Positions 18,955 to 28,388 of a stretch of 57,912 bases of DNA are shown in pieces. The notes under the pieces were generated by a model, which saw only the letters and a list, made by a program, of their open reading frames with translations, had not been told where the DNA came from and did not search any database. Origin of the DNA: Sphingobacteriales bacterium (GTDB lineage Bacteria > Bacteroidota > Bacteroidia > Sphingobacteriales > Sphingobacteriaceae). Both the position numbers and the translations under genes were made by a program. Within the stretch, counting starts at the first letter, position 1; the number at the start of each line of letters is the position of its first letter. The stretch spans positions 1-57,912 of the forward strand of contig RDXP01000116.1 of assembly GCA_004292865.1 (NCBI GenBank), given 5' to 3'.

Positions 18955-19794
18955 TTGGAAATTTTTACCACAAAAATTGCCCTTAACCAAAGGCTACTAA
19001 AGCTGCTTAACGAGCAAAAAACCATAGGTTTGGTGCCTACCATGGGTGCTTTACATGCGGGCCATTTATCGTTAATTAAAAAATCTAAAAACGATAACGA
19101 TATTACTATTGCCACTATTTTTGTTAACCCTACGCAGTTTAATAAGCCTAGCGATTTGCTAAAATACCCTCGCCCCACACAAGCTGATGTTTCCATATTG
19201 GAAAATGTGGGTTGCGATATTTTGTTTTTACCTGCCGAAACCGAAATGTACAGCTCCACCGAAACTTGGCACTATAACGTAGGTGCTATTGCGAACGAGC
19301 TTGAAGGGGCACATAGGCCTGGGCATTTTAAAGGGGTTACACAAATTGTGTATAAACTTTTTAGCCTTATACCCGCCGATAGGGCTTATTTTGGCCAAAA
19401 GGATTTTCAACAGTTTTTGGTAATTAAACAATTGGTGGCATATTTTAAATTGGGTGTTGAGCTGCTGTGTTGCCCCATAATACGCGAAACAGATGGCTTG
19501 GCTTTAAGCTCAAGAAATATCCACCTTAGTGAAACCCAACGAAAAAAAGCACTACTACTTTCGGCAACGTTAAATAATATCAAAAATAATTACACCACCT
19601 TACCCTTGGCCGATTTGCTACAAAAGGCAAAAACAGCTTTTAAAGGTATAAGTGATGTAAAACTTGATTATATCGAAATTAGAGATAAAGATACGCTAGC
19701 ACCTATTGTGCAATACAAAACACCTAATGCTGTTGCTTTAATAGCTGCCGAAGTGGGTGATACCCGATTAATTGATAATATGATGCTAGATTAA
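18955..19794 (+). CDS. panC: Pantoate--beta-alanine ligase
   Basis: VPTMGALHAGH, FVNPTQF, RPGHF, FGQKD and GLALSSRN. The start is probably the TTG at 18955. Confidence 0.95.
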   Translation: MEIFTTKIALNQRLLKLLNEQKTIGLVPTMGALHAGHLSLIKKSKNDNDITIATIFVNPTQFNKPSDLLKYPRPTQADVSILENVGCDILFLPAETEMYSSTETWHYNVGAIANELEGAHRPGHFKGVTQIVYKLFSLIPADRAYFGQKDFQQFLVIKQLVAYFKLGVELLCCPIIRETDGLALSSRNIHLSETQRKKALLLSATLNNIKNNYTTLPLADLLQKAKTAFKGISDVKLDYIEIRDKDTLAPIVQYKTPNAVALIAAEVGDTRLIDNMMLD

Positions 19795-19816
19795 CGGTTA
19801 TAAAATTAATATTTTT

Positions 19817-19824
19817 TAAGTTTG
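19817..19824 (+). promoter_or_regulatory. -7 box 4 nt before the panD ATG
   Basis: TAAGTTTG-cgcc-ATG. Confidence 0.6.
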
Positions 19825-19828
19825 CGCC

Positions 19829-20179
19829 ATGCTTATAGAAGTTCTTAAATCTAAAATTCATCGGGTAAGGATTACCCAAGCCGAGCTAAATTATGTGGGA
19901 AGCATTACTATTGATGCCGACTTAATGGATGCTGCCAATATGATAGCCAACGAAAAAGTGCAAGTAGTTAATAACAATAACGGCGAACGCTTTGAAACCT
20001 ATATTATAGCTGGCGAGCGTGGCAGTGGCATTATTTGCTTAAATGGTGCTTGCGCCCGCCTTGCACAACTGGGCGATATTGTAATTATTATGAGTTATGC
20101 TTTAATGCCTTTTGGCGAGGCTAAACTATATCAACCTATTTCGGTTTTTCCCAATCCCGATAATAAATTAATTTTATAA
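19829..20179 (+). CDS. panD: Aspartate 1-decarboxylase
   Basis: KSKIHR, the YVG-SITID autocleavage site and NGERFETY. Confidence 0.96.
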   Translation: MLIEVLKSKIHRVRITQAELNYVGSITIDADLMDAANMIANEKVQVVNNNNGERFETYIIAGERGSGIICLNGACARLAQLGDIVIIMSYALMPFGEAKLYQPISVFPNPDNKLIL

Positions 20180-20191
20180 GCACTCCTCCCA

Positions 20192-21163
20192 TTGAATTTA
20201 ACTTTTAAAGCTGCCCTTAAATATTTCGTTCTTTTTTTGATAGGATTGTGGGCGGTTTATCTGGTATTTAACGGGCAAAATTACGATGAGATTTTTTCGT
20301 ACATAAAAAATGCCAATTATTATTGGCTTACCTTATCGGCCTTGCTGGTGTTACTAGCACACTGGGTAAGGGCTTTGCGCTGGCAAATGTTGATACAAGC
20401 ATTAGGAAAACCTGTTGCCTTAAAGCATACTTTTTACGCCGTTATGGTAGGGTATTTGGCCAATTTGGCTTTCCCTAGGCTGGGCGAAGTTAGCCGTTGT
20501 GGGGTACTAAAGAAAAAAGTTGACCTTGATTTTACCCTCCTATTTGGCACCGTAATTACCGAACGATTGATAGATTTGTTAAGCCTATTGCTGGTAGTAA
20601 TGCTTACCATAGCACTACAATTTAAGCTCATATATTCGTTTTTAAATCAACTATTGGGCGCAGCTAAATTTAGTATATCAAGCATCGGCCTTAGCCTTAT
20701 AAGCATATTAATTTTAGCTTTAATAAGCTACGGACTTTTAAAAAAATATCAGCAAAGCTCTTTTATCATAAAAGTACGTTCTTTTTTAAAAGGCTTATAT
20801 ACTGGGTTAGGTTCGATTTTGATTTTAAAAAACAGGTGGCTTTTTGTGTTTTATACATTTTTGATATGGGCTTTGTACATCTTATCGGTATATGTTGCTT
20901 TTTGGGCATTGCCCAATACTGCTTTGCTAGGTATTGGGGCAGCCTTTACAGTAATTGTATTGGGTAGCTTAGGTATGATAGCCCCAGTACAGGGCGGTAT
21001 AGGTGCGTTTCATTTTATGGTAAGCAAAGCATTGCAATTTTACCAAATTAATAAAGCTACGGGCATTACTTTGGCTACGTTAATGCACTCATCACAAACA
21101 TTAATTATTATTTTAATTGGTTTTTTAAGTTTATTTTTGATTTTGAAAACAAAAAAATCTTAA
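20192..21163 (+). CDS. Lysylphosphatidylglycerol synthase TM (flippase-like) protein
   Basis: RALRW, NLAFPRLGEVSR, TERLID and PVQGGIG motifs. Confidence 0.85.
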   Translation: MNLTFKAALKYFVLFLIGLWAVYLVFNGQNYDEIFSYIKNANYYWLTLSALLVLLAHWVRALRWQMLIQALGKPVALKHTFYAVMVGYLANLAFPRLGEVSRCGVLKKKVDLDFTLLFGTVITERLIDLLSLLLVVMLTIALQFKLIYSFLNQLLGAAKFSISSIGLSLISILILALISYGLLKKYQQSSFIIKVRSFLKGLYTGLGSILILKNRWLFVFYTFLIWALYILSVYVAFWALPNTALLGIGAAFTVIVLGSLGMIAPVQGGIGAFHFMVSKALQFYQINKATGITLATLMHSSQTLIIILIGFLSLFLILKTKKS

Positions 21164-21170
21164 AACCCCA

Positions 21171-21668
21171 ATGAACAAACTACAAATTATACAACATAAA
21201 ATATTTACGCTATCAAGTATTTATCACCAGCTTAATATTTGGCGATTTGGGCAACAAAAAATAGTTTTTACCAATGGCTGTTTTGATATTATGCACCTTG
21301 GGCATATTGATTATTTAAGCAAAGCTGCCGATATGGGCACTAAATTAATTATTGGCTTAAACTCCGATACATCCACCCAAAAACTAAAAGGAAATACCCG
21401 CCCTATAAATAATGAGCTATCGCGAAGCGCTTTATTAGCCGCACTTTTTTTTGTAGATGCGGTGGTAATTTTTGATGAGGCTACTCCCTTAAATTTAATT
21501 AACCATATTAAACCCGATGTATTGGTAAAAGGTGCCGATTATACTATTCCCACTATTGTAGGAGCTGATGAAGTTTTAAAATATGGCGGACAAGTAACTA
21601 CCATACCGCTTATTGAGGGCTATTCTACATCGGCAATTGAGCAAAAAATTTTAAACGCACACGCATAG
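21171..21668 (+). CDS. rfaE2: D-glycero-beta-D-manno-heptose 1-phosphate adenylyltransferase
   Basis: FTNGCFDIMHLGH, GLNSD and PDVLVKGADY motifs. Confidence 0.9.
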   Translation: MNKLQIIQHKIFTLSSIYHQLNIWRFGQQKIVFTNGCFDIMHLGHIDYLSKAADMGTKLIIGLNSDTSTQKLKGNTRPINNELSRSALLAALFFVDAVVIFDEATPLNLINHIKPDVLVKGADYTIPTIVGADEVLKYGGQVTTIPLIEGYSTSAIEQKILNAHA

Positions 21669-21701
21669 TTTTGTTTAGCTACGTATAACCCCTAATATAT
21701 T

Positions 21702-22343
21702 TTGGAAATAGCCGCCACCATTGCGTATGTAAAACAGGAATTGGCTTGCGCCGAAGCTGGGCATGATTGGTTTCATGTAGAGCGGGTGTATAAAACTGCC
21801 CAGCATATAGCCCAATACGAAAACGTGGATGTGCTAGTGGTAAAACTAGCTGCGCTGTTACACGATATTGCCGATAGTAAATTTAATAATGGTGATGAAG
21901 AAATAGGGCCTACAAAAGCGGGAGATTTTTTACGTAGCCTACACGTAACCGAAAATGTGGTGCTGCATGTACAGCAAATTATCAGGAACATGTCGTTTAA
22001 AAATAGTTTTGATGCGCCTACTTTTAGTTCCCCAGAAATGCAAGTGGTACAAGATGCCGATAGGCTTGATGCCATGGGTGCTATTGGTATTGCAAGGGCA
22101 TTTACTTACGGAGGTTTTAAAAACCGTGAACTGTACAACCCAGCCATCCCACCCAAAACATCACAAACAAAACAAGATTATAAAAACACCCAAGCACCCA
22201 CCATTAACCACTTTTACGAAAAACTGTTGCTGCTAAAAGATGGCATGAATACGCCCACAGGAAAAAAAATAGCGATACAAAGGCATCAGTTTATGCTAGC
22301 GTATTTGGAACAGTTTTATGCCGAGTGGGAGGGGGAAAGGTAA
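21702..22343 (+). CDS. HD-domain phosphohydrolase (YedJ-like)
   Basis: GHDWFHVERV, LLHD, QDADRLDA and HFYEKLL motifs. Confidence 0.88.
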   Translation: MEIAATIAYVKQELACAEAGHDWFHVERVYKTAQHIAQYENVDVLVVKLAALLHDIADSKFNNGDEEIGPTKAGDFLRSLHVTENVVLHVQQIIRNMSFKNSFDAPTFSSPEMQVVQDADRLDAMGAIGIARAFTYGGFKNRELYNPAIPPKTSQTKQDYKNTQAPTINHFYEKLLLLKDGMNTPTGKKIAIQRHQFMLAYLEQFYAEWEGER

Positions 22344-22429
22344 TTTTCCTCCGTGGTTACTTGGCGCATTTATTGCCCACAGATTGCACAGATTTTTTTT
22401 TCGGCAATATTTTATCTCTCTTTATAATT

Positions 22430-24790
22430 TTAAAATTTCACATTTAACGATGCCATAAAATTGGTTTCGGCTTGTGGGTAGTAAAAATTTTGGGTAACAA
22501 GCCCTCCCGCTAGGTAACTAAAAGTATAGCCATTGCTGGCGTATAATTTATTAAACACGTTATTTACTTGCAAGCCCAAGCCTATATTTTTTATAGCTTT
22601 AGTTTTAATATTGTACTGCAGCCTTACATCGTGTACAAAAAAAGCGTTTAGTTTACGGTTTTGGTTGGCGGTATTATCTAAAAATTGGCTGCTTACATAT
22701 TTGCTTAGCAAAGCAATTTCGGTATTTTTTGTAGGCTTAAAGCCGATGGTACTGCCGCCTACAAAACTTGGCGAAAAAGCAATATTGGTTTTTTTGTACA
22801 TATTTACTTGTTGCCCTCCGTTATCGTAATCATCCAAAAATTCGGTAAAATTTTTGATTTTATTTTGGCTTATTGCCGAGTTAAGCATCCACGAAAGTGA
22901 AGGTAAAATTTGTAACGCCATATCAAGCTCTATCCCGTTTCGGTAGCTTTGCGCTACGTTGCTGCGTATGGCTTCGCCTACATCGTTTATTTGCCCTGTA
23001 AGTACCAGTTGGTTTTTGTATTGCATACTGTATAGGTTTATACCAGCTGTAAAGTCTTGTTTTTTAAACCTATAACCCGCTTCTATATTGTTTAACCGTT
23101 CGTGTTTTGGCCTGCTTGCCGGGCTTGATTGTGTGTATTCATCGCGGTTGGGTTCTTTATTACCCACCGAAAACGATGCGTAAACATTGCTTTGCGTATC
23201 AATGGTATATGTTAAACCCAGTTTAGGATTAAAAAAGTTTAAGGCATCGCTTTGTGTTACATTTTGACCTGTATTGTTAAAACCTAAAAAATCGTAATTG
23301 ATTTTTCGGTACTGCATATCCGCAAAAAGCGATAAATTATTTATTTGATATTGTGCCTTGGCAAATACATTGAAATCGGTTTTAAAACCATTGTTTTGGT
23401 TTAGTCGTTGCCTTATTTTACTATCGGCGGCGTATTGTGCCCAAATAATTTCGGTAAAATGGTTGCCATTGTATTGGTTATAAGCACCGCCAAGCGTAAA
23501 ATTAAAAGTGTTATTGGGCGTGTAAATAAAGGAATAAGTTGCACCATAAAAATCGTTATCTAACCATTTTTGGCGTATCAAATTGGTGCTATCAATTACT
23601 ACATTGCCTACGTTTATAGGTGTAAGGTTATAATCGGCGAAAGCCTGGTTTTCTTTATATTCTTCGTAATAGCCTGCGCCTTTGGTATAATGCAAAGCAC
23701 CATTAAAAGTTATTTTAGGTGAGATGGCTTGCGAGTACAACAATTGGTAATGGCTTTGCTGGTAATTATCGGTTTGGTTATCGTAGGTAAAACTGTTGTA
23801 GCGGCGGTTGGTAGCCAGCGAATCTTGCGGTACGCCGTTCCAGGCTTGGTAAGTTTTTTCTTTTCCCGAAAAAGCATTGATACGCAACAAGCTGTTTTTA
23901 CCATAATATGCACCTGTAACAAAATACGATTTTAAGTTAGAAGTTGCCCTATCTATATACCCATCAGATACTATCCGCGATAAGCGACCATCGAAACTAA
24001 ATTTTCCATTAATTAAACCTGTACCCATTTTAAGCGTATTTTTTAAACTGCGGTAACTGCCAGCGGCTGTATTTATTTCAGTATAAGCGGTATCTTGCCT
24101 TGTATTGGTTTGTATATTTAGGCTTGCGCCGAAGGCTCCGGCACCGTTGGTTGATGTACCTACGCCACGTTGTATTTGTACATTATCAACCGAGGAGGCA
24201 AAATCGGGCATATTTACCCAATACATTCCTTGGCTTTCGGTATCGTTTATGGGTATGCCATTTACGGTTACGTTTATGCGGGTAGCATCGGAGCCACGTA
24301 TGCGTAAACCTGTGTAGCCTATGCCTGCACCCGCATCGGACGATACCACCACCGATGGTGTTTGGTTTAATAGGTACGGCAAATCTTGCCCGAAATTATT
24401 TTTTTCTATATCTGTTTTGCTGATGTTTTTGAGTGTGGTAGCGGCATTTTCGCTAGCTCGGGTGGCAGTTATCATTACTTCATCGGCTAAAAACAGGTTA
24501 TTTTTTAGGGCAATAATTAGGGGGCTGCTGCCCGATTGTACCGTTAGTATTTGGGTTTGATAGCCTACGTAACTTACCTGCAACACGTATTTACCGGGTT
24601 TTAAAACCGCAATTTTAAACTCGCCATTGGCTAAAGAAATGCCTGCATAATTACTGTTTTTGATGCTGATGTTTGCGCCAGATAATGGCTTTTGACTATC
24701 GGAGGTTATAATTTTACCTACAATAAAGTTTTGTGCGCTTACTAAAAAGGGCAACAGGGCGATGCTTACGCCAGCAATAAATTTTTTCAA
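22430..24790 (-). CDS. TonB-dependent receptor, probable thiamine transporter
   Basis: CarboxypepD-like N-terminal domain, plug motifs GQDLPYLL and RIRGSDATRIN, C-terminal Phe; a TPP riboswitch lies upstream. Confidence 0.88.
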   Translation of the reverse strand: MKKFIAGVSIALLPFLVSAQNFIVGKIITSDSQKPLSGANISIKNSNYAGISLANGEFKIAVLKPGKYVLQVSYVGYQTQILTVQSGSSPLIIALKNNLFLADEVMITATRASENAATTLKNISKTDIEKNNFGQDLPYLLNQTPSVVVSSDAGAGIGYTGLRIRGSDATRINVTVNGIPINDTESQGMYWVNMPDFASSVDNVQIQRGVGTSTNGAGAFGASLNIQTNTRQDTAYTEINTAAGSYRSLKNTLKMGTGLINGKFSFDGRLSRIVSDGYIDRATSNLKSYFVTGAYYGKNSLLRINAFSGKEKTYQAWNGVPQDSLATNRRYNSFTYDNQTDNYQQSHYQLLYSQAISPKITFNGALHYTKGAGYYEEYKENQAFADYNLTPINVGNVVIDSTNLIRQKWLDNDFYGATYSFIYTPNNTFNFTLGGAYNQYNGNHFTEIIWAQYAADSKIRQRLNQNNGFKTDFNVFAKAQYQINNLSLFADMQYRKINYDFLGFNNTGQNVTQSDALNFFNPKLGLTYTIDTQSNVYASFSVGNKEPNRDEYTQSSPASRPKHERLNNIEAGYRFKKQDFTAGINLYSMQYKNQLVLTGQINDVGEAIRSNVAQSYRNGIELDMALQILPSLSWMLNSAISQNKIKNFTEFLDDYDNGGQQVNMYKKTNIAFSPSFVGGSTIGFKPTKNTEIALLSKYVSSQFLDNTANQNRKLNAFFVHDVRLQYNIKTKAIKNIGLGLQVNNVFNKLYASNGYTFSYLAGGLVTQNFYYPQAETNFMASLNVKF

Positions 24791-24861
24791 TGTGTTTGAT
24801 TTTTTTTAGTTAAACTTAACCATAGGCTGGGGTTACCCACGGTTTATACATTAACTTATAC

Positions 24862-25052
24862 CTTTTTAATCCCTACGTCGGCATTACCCGCATCAGGTGC
24901 ACTTTGAAATTCAAAAGTTAAAATTAAAAAGCCGGTCTGGTTTTTAATTTTGAATTTTTACTTTCACAGATGGGTATGATCTCAGCCTGTTTTTGTATTT
25001 GTGTAAAGTTTTTTAAAACCCTAACATCACAAACAAGGCACCCCTTTTTGAT
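24862..25052 (-). ncRNA. TPP riboswitch with long P3 and an inserted hairpin
   Basis: Minus strand reads GGGGTGCC...GGCTGAGATCATACCC...[~70 nt]...ACCTGATGCGGGTAATGCCGACGTAGGGA, containing all the conserved TPP blocks. Confidence 0.9.
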
Positions 25053-25056
25053 GGGG

Positions 25057-25064
25057 CAAATGTA
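25057..25064 (-). promoter_or_regulatory. -7 box immediately upstream of the TPP aptamer
   Basis: TACATTTG on the minus strand. Confidence 0.7.
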
Positions 25065-25205
25065 TATAAATTATTTCGTTTTTTTTTACCGAATGGTTTT
25101 CGGCTAAAAATCAATACAAAAAACTAACGCAACATTCACACAAAAAAAATAAACCCACCAAAAAATATCTCACCAAAAACCATACAAAATGTTTATTTTG
25201 CGGCA

Positions 25206-26351
25206 ATGCAGTTTAAAGATATTATTGGTCAGCAAGCCATTAAAAAACACCTTATAGATACGGTTAGCCATAATAGGGTAAGCCATGCACAATTATTTTT
25301 GGGACCCGAGGGTTGCGGAAGTTTGGCCTTGGCCATTGCTTATGCACAATATATTTGCTGCGCATATAAATTACCCAACGACTCGTGTGGCGAGTGCGCA
25401 TCATGCAAAAAATACCAAAAATTAATTCACCCCGATTTACATTTTTCGTTTCCTTTTTTTGCAAAAGATAAAGACGATGTAGCCAGCAATTACATTAGCG
25501 ATTGGCGCCAAGCCGTTACACAAAACCCATACCTAGGCTTAGATAGCTGGCGATATAGCTTAAACGTAGATAACAAGCAGTTTAACATTAACATTGCCGA
25601 AAGCCACCACATTATTAGCCGCCTAAGCCTAAAACCCTTTGAGGCCGAGTATAAAATTATGATTATGTGGTTGCCCGAATATTTGGTAAACTCGGGCAAT
25701 GCTTTGTTAAAAATAATTGAAGAACCTGCCGATAAAACCCTATTTTTATTGGTAGCGCAAAACCAAGAGCAGCTGCTAAACACCATTATATCTCGCACCC
25801 AAATTGTAAAAATACCCAAACTAGGATATACTGATGTGGTTGGTTTTTTAACCACACATAAAAATACAACCCCCGAAAAAGCGCAGCAAATTGCATATTT
25901 AAGTAATGGAAACTTACATACAGCACAGGAATATATTGCACACGAAGAAAATAATTATCACGAAACGTTTGTAATGTGGATGCGCCATTGTGTACAAAAC
26001 CGAGGTATAGATATCGTAAACCAAGTAGATGAGCTTGCAAAAATGGGCCGCGAAAACCAAAAAAACTTTTTTAGGTACGGTATAAACCTTATGCGTGAAG
26101 CGGTATTATGCCTATCGGGAACGCCTATATTGATACACCTGCCCGATAAGGAACTAGATTTTATAAGCAAGTTTTCAAAAATTTTAACCTTAGCCAAAGC
26201 CGAAAGCATAGCTACCGAGTTCGAAAAAGCACATTACCATATAGAACGTAATGCGAACCCCAAGATATTGTTTTTAGATGTATCTTTGATGCTTGTAAAA
26301 TTATTAAAGTTTAATACGTTCCCTGCGGGGACTCAACATATATTAGTATAA
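25206..26351 (+). CDS. holB: DNA polymerase III delta' subunit
   Basis: HAQLFLGPEG, Zn motif CGECASC, HPDLHF, NALLKIIEEP and TIISR. Confidence 0.9.
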   Translation: MQFKDIIGQQAIKKHLIDTVSHNRVSHAQLFLGPEGCGSLALAIAYAQYICCAYKLPNDSCGECASCKKYQKLIHPDLHFSFPFFAKDKDDVASNYISDWRQAVTQNPYLGLDSWRYSLNVDNKQFNINIAESHHIISRLSLKPFEAEYKIMIMWLPEYLVNSGNALLKIIEEPADKTLFLLVAQNQEQLLNTIISRTQIVKIPKLGYTDVVGFLTTHKNTTPEKAQQIAYLSNGNLHTAQEYIAHEENNYHETFVMWMRHCVQNRGIDIVNQVDELAKMGRENQKNFFRYGINLMREAVLCLSGTPILIHLPDKELDFISKFSKILTLAKAESIATEFEKAHYHIERNANPKILFLDVSLMLVKLLKFNTFPAGTQHILV

Positions 26352-26354
26352 ATT

Positions 26355-27668
26355 ATGGGATGTGGAAGTTGCTCAACTGGGGGTTGTACCCCTGGGGGCT
26401 GTAAAAGTAACGGGTCATGCTTAACCGATGGCGGTTGCAGCAAGTTAGATGTATATGATTGGCTGGCCGATATGGATTTACCAGCTAATTTTAAACCTTT
26501 TAATATTGTAGAAGTAAGGTTTAAAGGCTCCCGAAAAGAGTTTTACCGCAACGTAGATAATATATACTTTGAAGCAGGCGAACTAGTAGCCGTAGAAACC
26601 GCTACGGGTGGTTACGATATTGGCCATGTATCTTTAACGGGCGAACTGGTGCGTATGCAAATGAAAAAACGCCGTACCAACGAAGAAAAAATTGAACTTA
26701 AAATATACCGAAAAGCAAGCCCTACCGATGTAGAAAAATGGAAGTTAGCCAAAGAAACCGAATCGGTAACAATGCACAAAGCCCGTACTATTGCTATTGA
26801 GCTAGGGTTAGCCATGAAACTAAGCGATGTAGATTATCAAGGCGATAAAAGTAAAGCCACTTTTTACTATACTGCCGAAGGTAGGGTTGATTTTAGAGAA
26901 CTGATAAAACGCTTGGCCGAGTCTTTTAAAATACGCATAGAAATGCGCCAAATAGGGATGCGCCAAGAAGCTAGCCGCCTAGGGGGTATAGGCTCTTGTG
27001 GGCGAGAGTTATGCTGCTCTACCTGGTTAACCGATTTTAAAACAGTATCAACCGCTGCGGCCAGGTACCAAAACCTATCGCTAAACACCCTAAAACTTGC
27101 TGGCCAATGTGGTAAGCTAAAATGCTGTTTAAATTTCGAACTCGACTCGTACATGGATGCCCTAAAACACATCCCCGATAATGCCGATAGGCTTAAAACC
27201 ATACGTGGCGATGCCCGATTACAAAAAACCGACATCTTCAAAAAAATTATGTGGTACGTGTACCCCGGCGAAGAAAACACTTGGATACCCCTCGAAATTG
27301 CTAGGGTTAAAGAAATCCAAGAAATGAACCGAAAAGGCGAAAAACCCGAAGATTTAAAAGACCTAGCCGTAGAAATTGCCGAAACCAAGCTCGTAATTAA
27401 AGCCTTTGATTATGAAAACGTAGTGGGGCAAGATAGCTTAACCCGCCTCGACGAAAAAGCTAGAAAAAAGAAAAAAAATAAACCAAAATCCAAAAACCGT
27501 AATACAGCCGAAACTACAGCACCACAAAAAAACGTAACAAAACCACAAGCAACTGCTAACGTAGATGGGAAAACTAAAGCAACACCAAACGCCGAAACAC
27601 CCCCTAAAAAACGCTTTAATAACCGCAATAAAAACCGTAATAAACCACCCCAAGCACCGCCTTTGTAA
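26355..27668 (+). CDS. ricT: RicT/YaaT (PSP1) family protein
   Basis: Cys-rich N-terminus, RVDFRELIK, GSCGRELCC and GQCGKLKCCL, followed by a basic tail. Confidence 0.88.
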   Translation: MGCGSCSTGGCTPGGCKSNGSCLTDGGCSKLDVYDWLADMDLPANFKPFNIVEVRFKGSRKEFYRNVDNIYFEAGELVAVETATGGYDIGHVSLTGELVRMQMKKRRTNEEKIELKIYRKASPTDVEKWKLAKETESVTMHKARTIAIELGLAMKLSDVDYQGDKSKATFYYTAEGRVDFRELIKRLAESFKIRIEMRQIGMRQEASRLGGIGSCGRELCCSTWLTDFKTVSTAAARYQNLSLNTLKLAGQCGKLKCCLNFELDSYMDALKHIPDNADRLKTIRGDARLQKTDIFKKIMWYVYPGEENTWIPLEIARVKEIQEMNRKGEKPEDLKDLAVEIAETKLVIKAFDYENVVGQDSLTRLDEKARKKKKNKPKSKNRNTAETTAPQKNVTKPQATANVDGKTKATPNAETPPKKRFNNRNKNRNKPPQAPPL

Positions 27669-28145
27669 ATGAAAATAAAATTAATAACACTGTTTTTTTT
27701 TATAGTAATAGCCACCTTACAAGGCTGTATTGATAACGCCATTACCGATGATTTTATAAGCGTACCCAGCCAACATTGGACTTATGCCCAGCCTATCAAA
27801 AGCGCAGTAGAAATTACTCATCCCAATAAAAAATACAATATACTTATTAATTTACGCCACAGCGATGCGTATAAATATGCCAATATATGGTTTAAAGTAA
27901 GCATTATACAGCCCAATAAAAGCAAAAAAACCGAAAGGGTAGAATTTACCATTGCCAACCCCGATGGCGCTTGGCTAGGCACCACCAGTGGCAGTTTATT
28001 TACCTACCAGCTGCCCTATAAGCAAAATTATAGCTTCCCCCACAAGGGCAAATACACCATACTTGTTGAACAAAATATGCGAGATAATCCGCTCGACGGT
28101 ATAAATGATATAGGCCTAAGGGTAGAAGAGGTAGATGGGCAATAA
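27669..28145 (+). CDS. gldH: Gliding motility lipoprotein GldH
   Basis: Lipobox LQG-C, LRHSDAYKYANIW, DGAWLG and EQNMRDNPL.GI..IG; downstream of ricT. Confidence 0.88.
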   Translation: MKIKLITLFFFIVIATLQGCIDNAITDDFISVPSQHWTYAQPIKSAVEITHPNKKYNILINLRHSDAYKYANIWFKVSIIQPNKSKKTERVEFTIANPDGAWLGTTSGSLFTYQLPYKQNYSFPHKGKYTILVEQNMRDNPLDGINDIGLRVEEVDGQ

Positions 28146-28364
28146 GGTTCTAAAGTTTTGTAACTTACGTAAATGATAGCATTATTTACCCAAAGCTAGC
28201 CCCACCTACTTGCGCAGGCAAGTTTCGCTCATGTGCTTTTTAATGCGGGTTTACCTTGCACCGTGTTTTTTATACATGTAGCTTTGTGTGCTTTGCGCTT
28301 TCGCATTACAAACTTTGTTTACCTGCTGTACCCACCTGTTTTCTGTTTTGTAAAGATAAAACCC

Positions 28365-28372
28365 TATTTTTG
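28365..28372 (+). promoter_or_regulatory. -7 box for lysS
   Basis: TATTTTTG 16 nt before the ATG. Confidence 0.55.
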
Positions 28373-28388
28373 CCCAAAATAAAATTAA

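Noticed and set aside
22374-22402. CACAGATTGCACAGATTTTT short direct repeat
   Set aside because: It is too short and has no inverted partner; at most a degenerate repeat trace.
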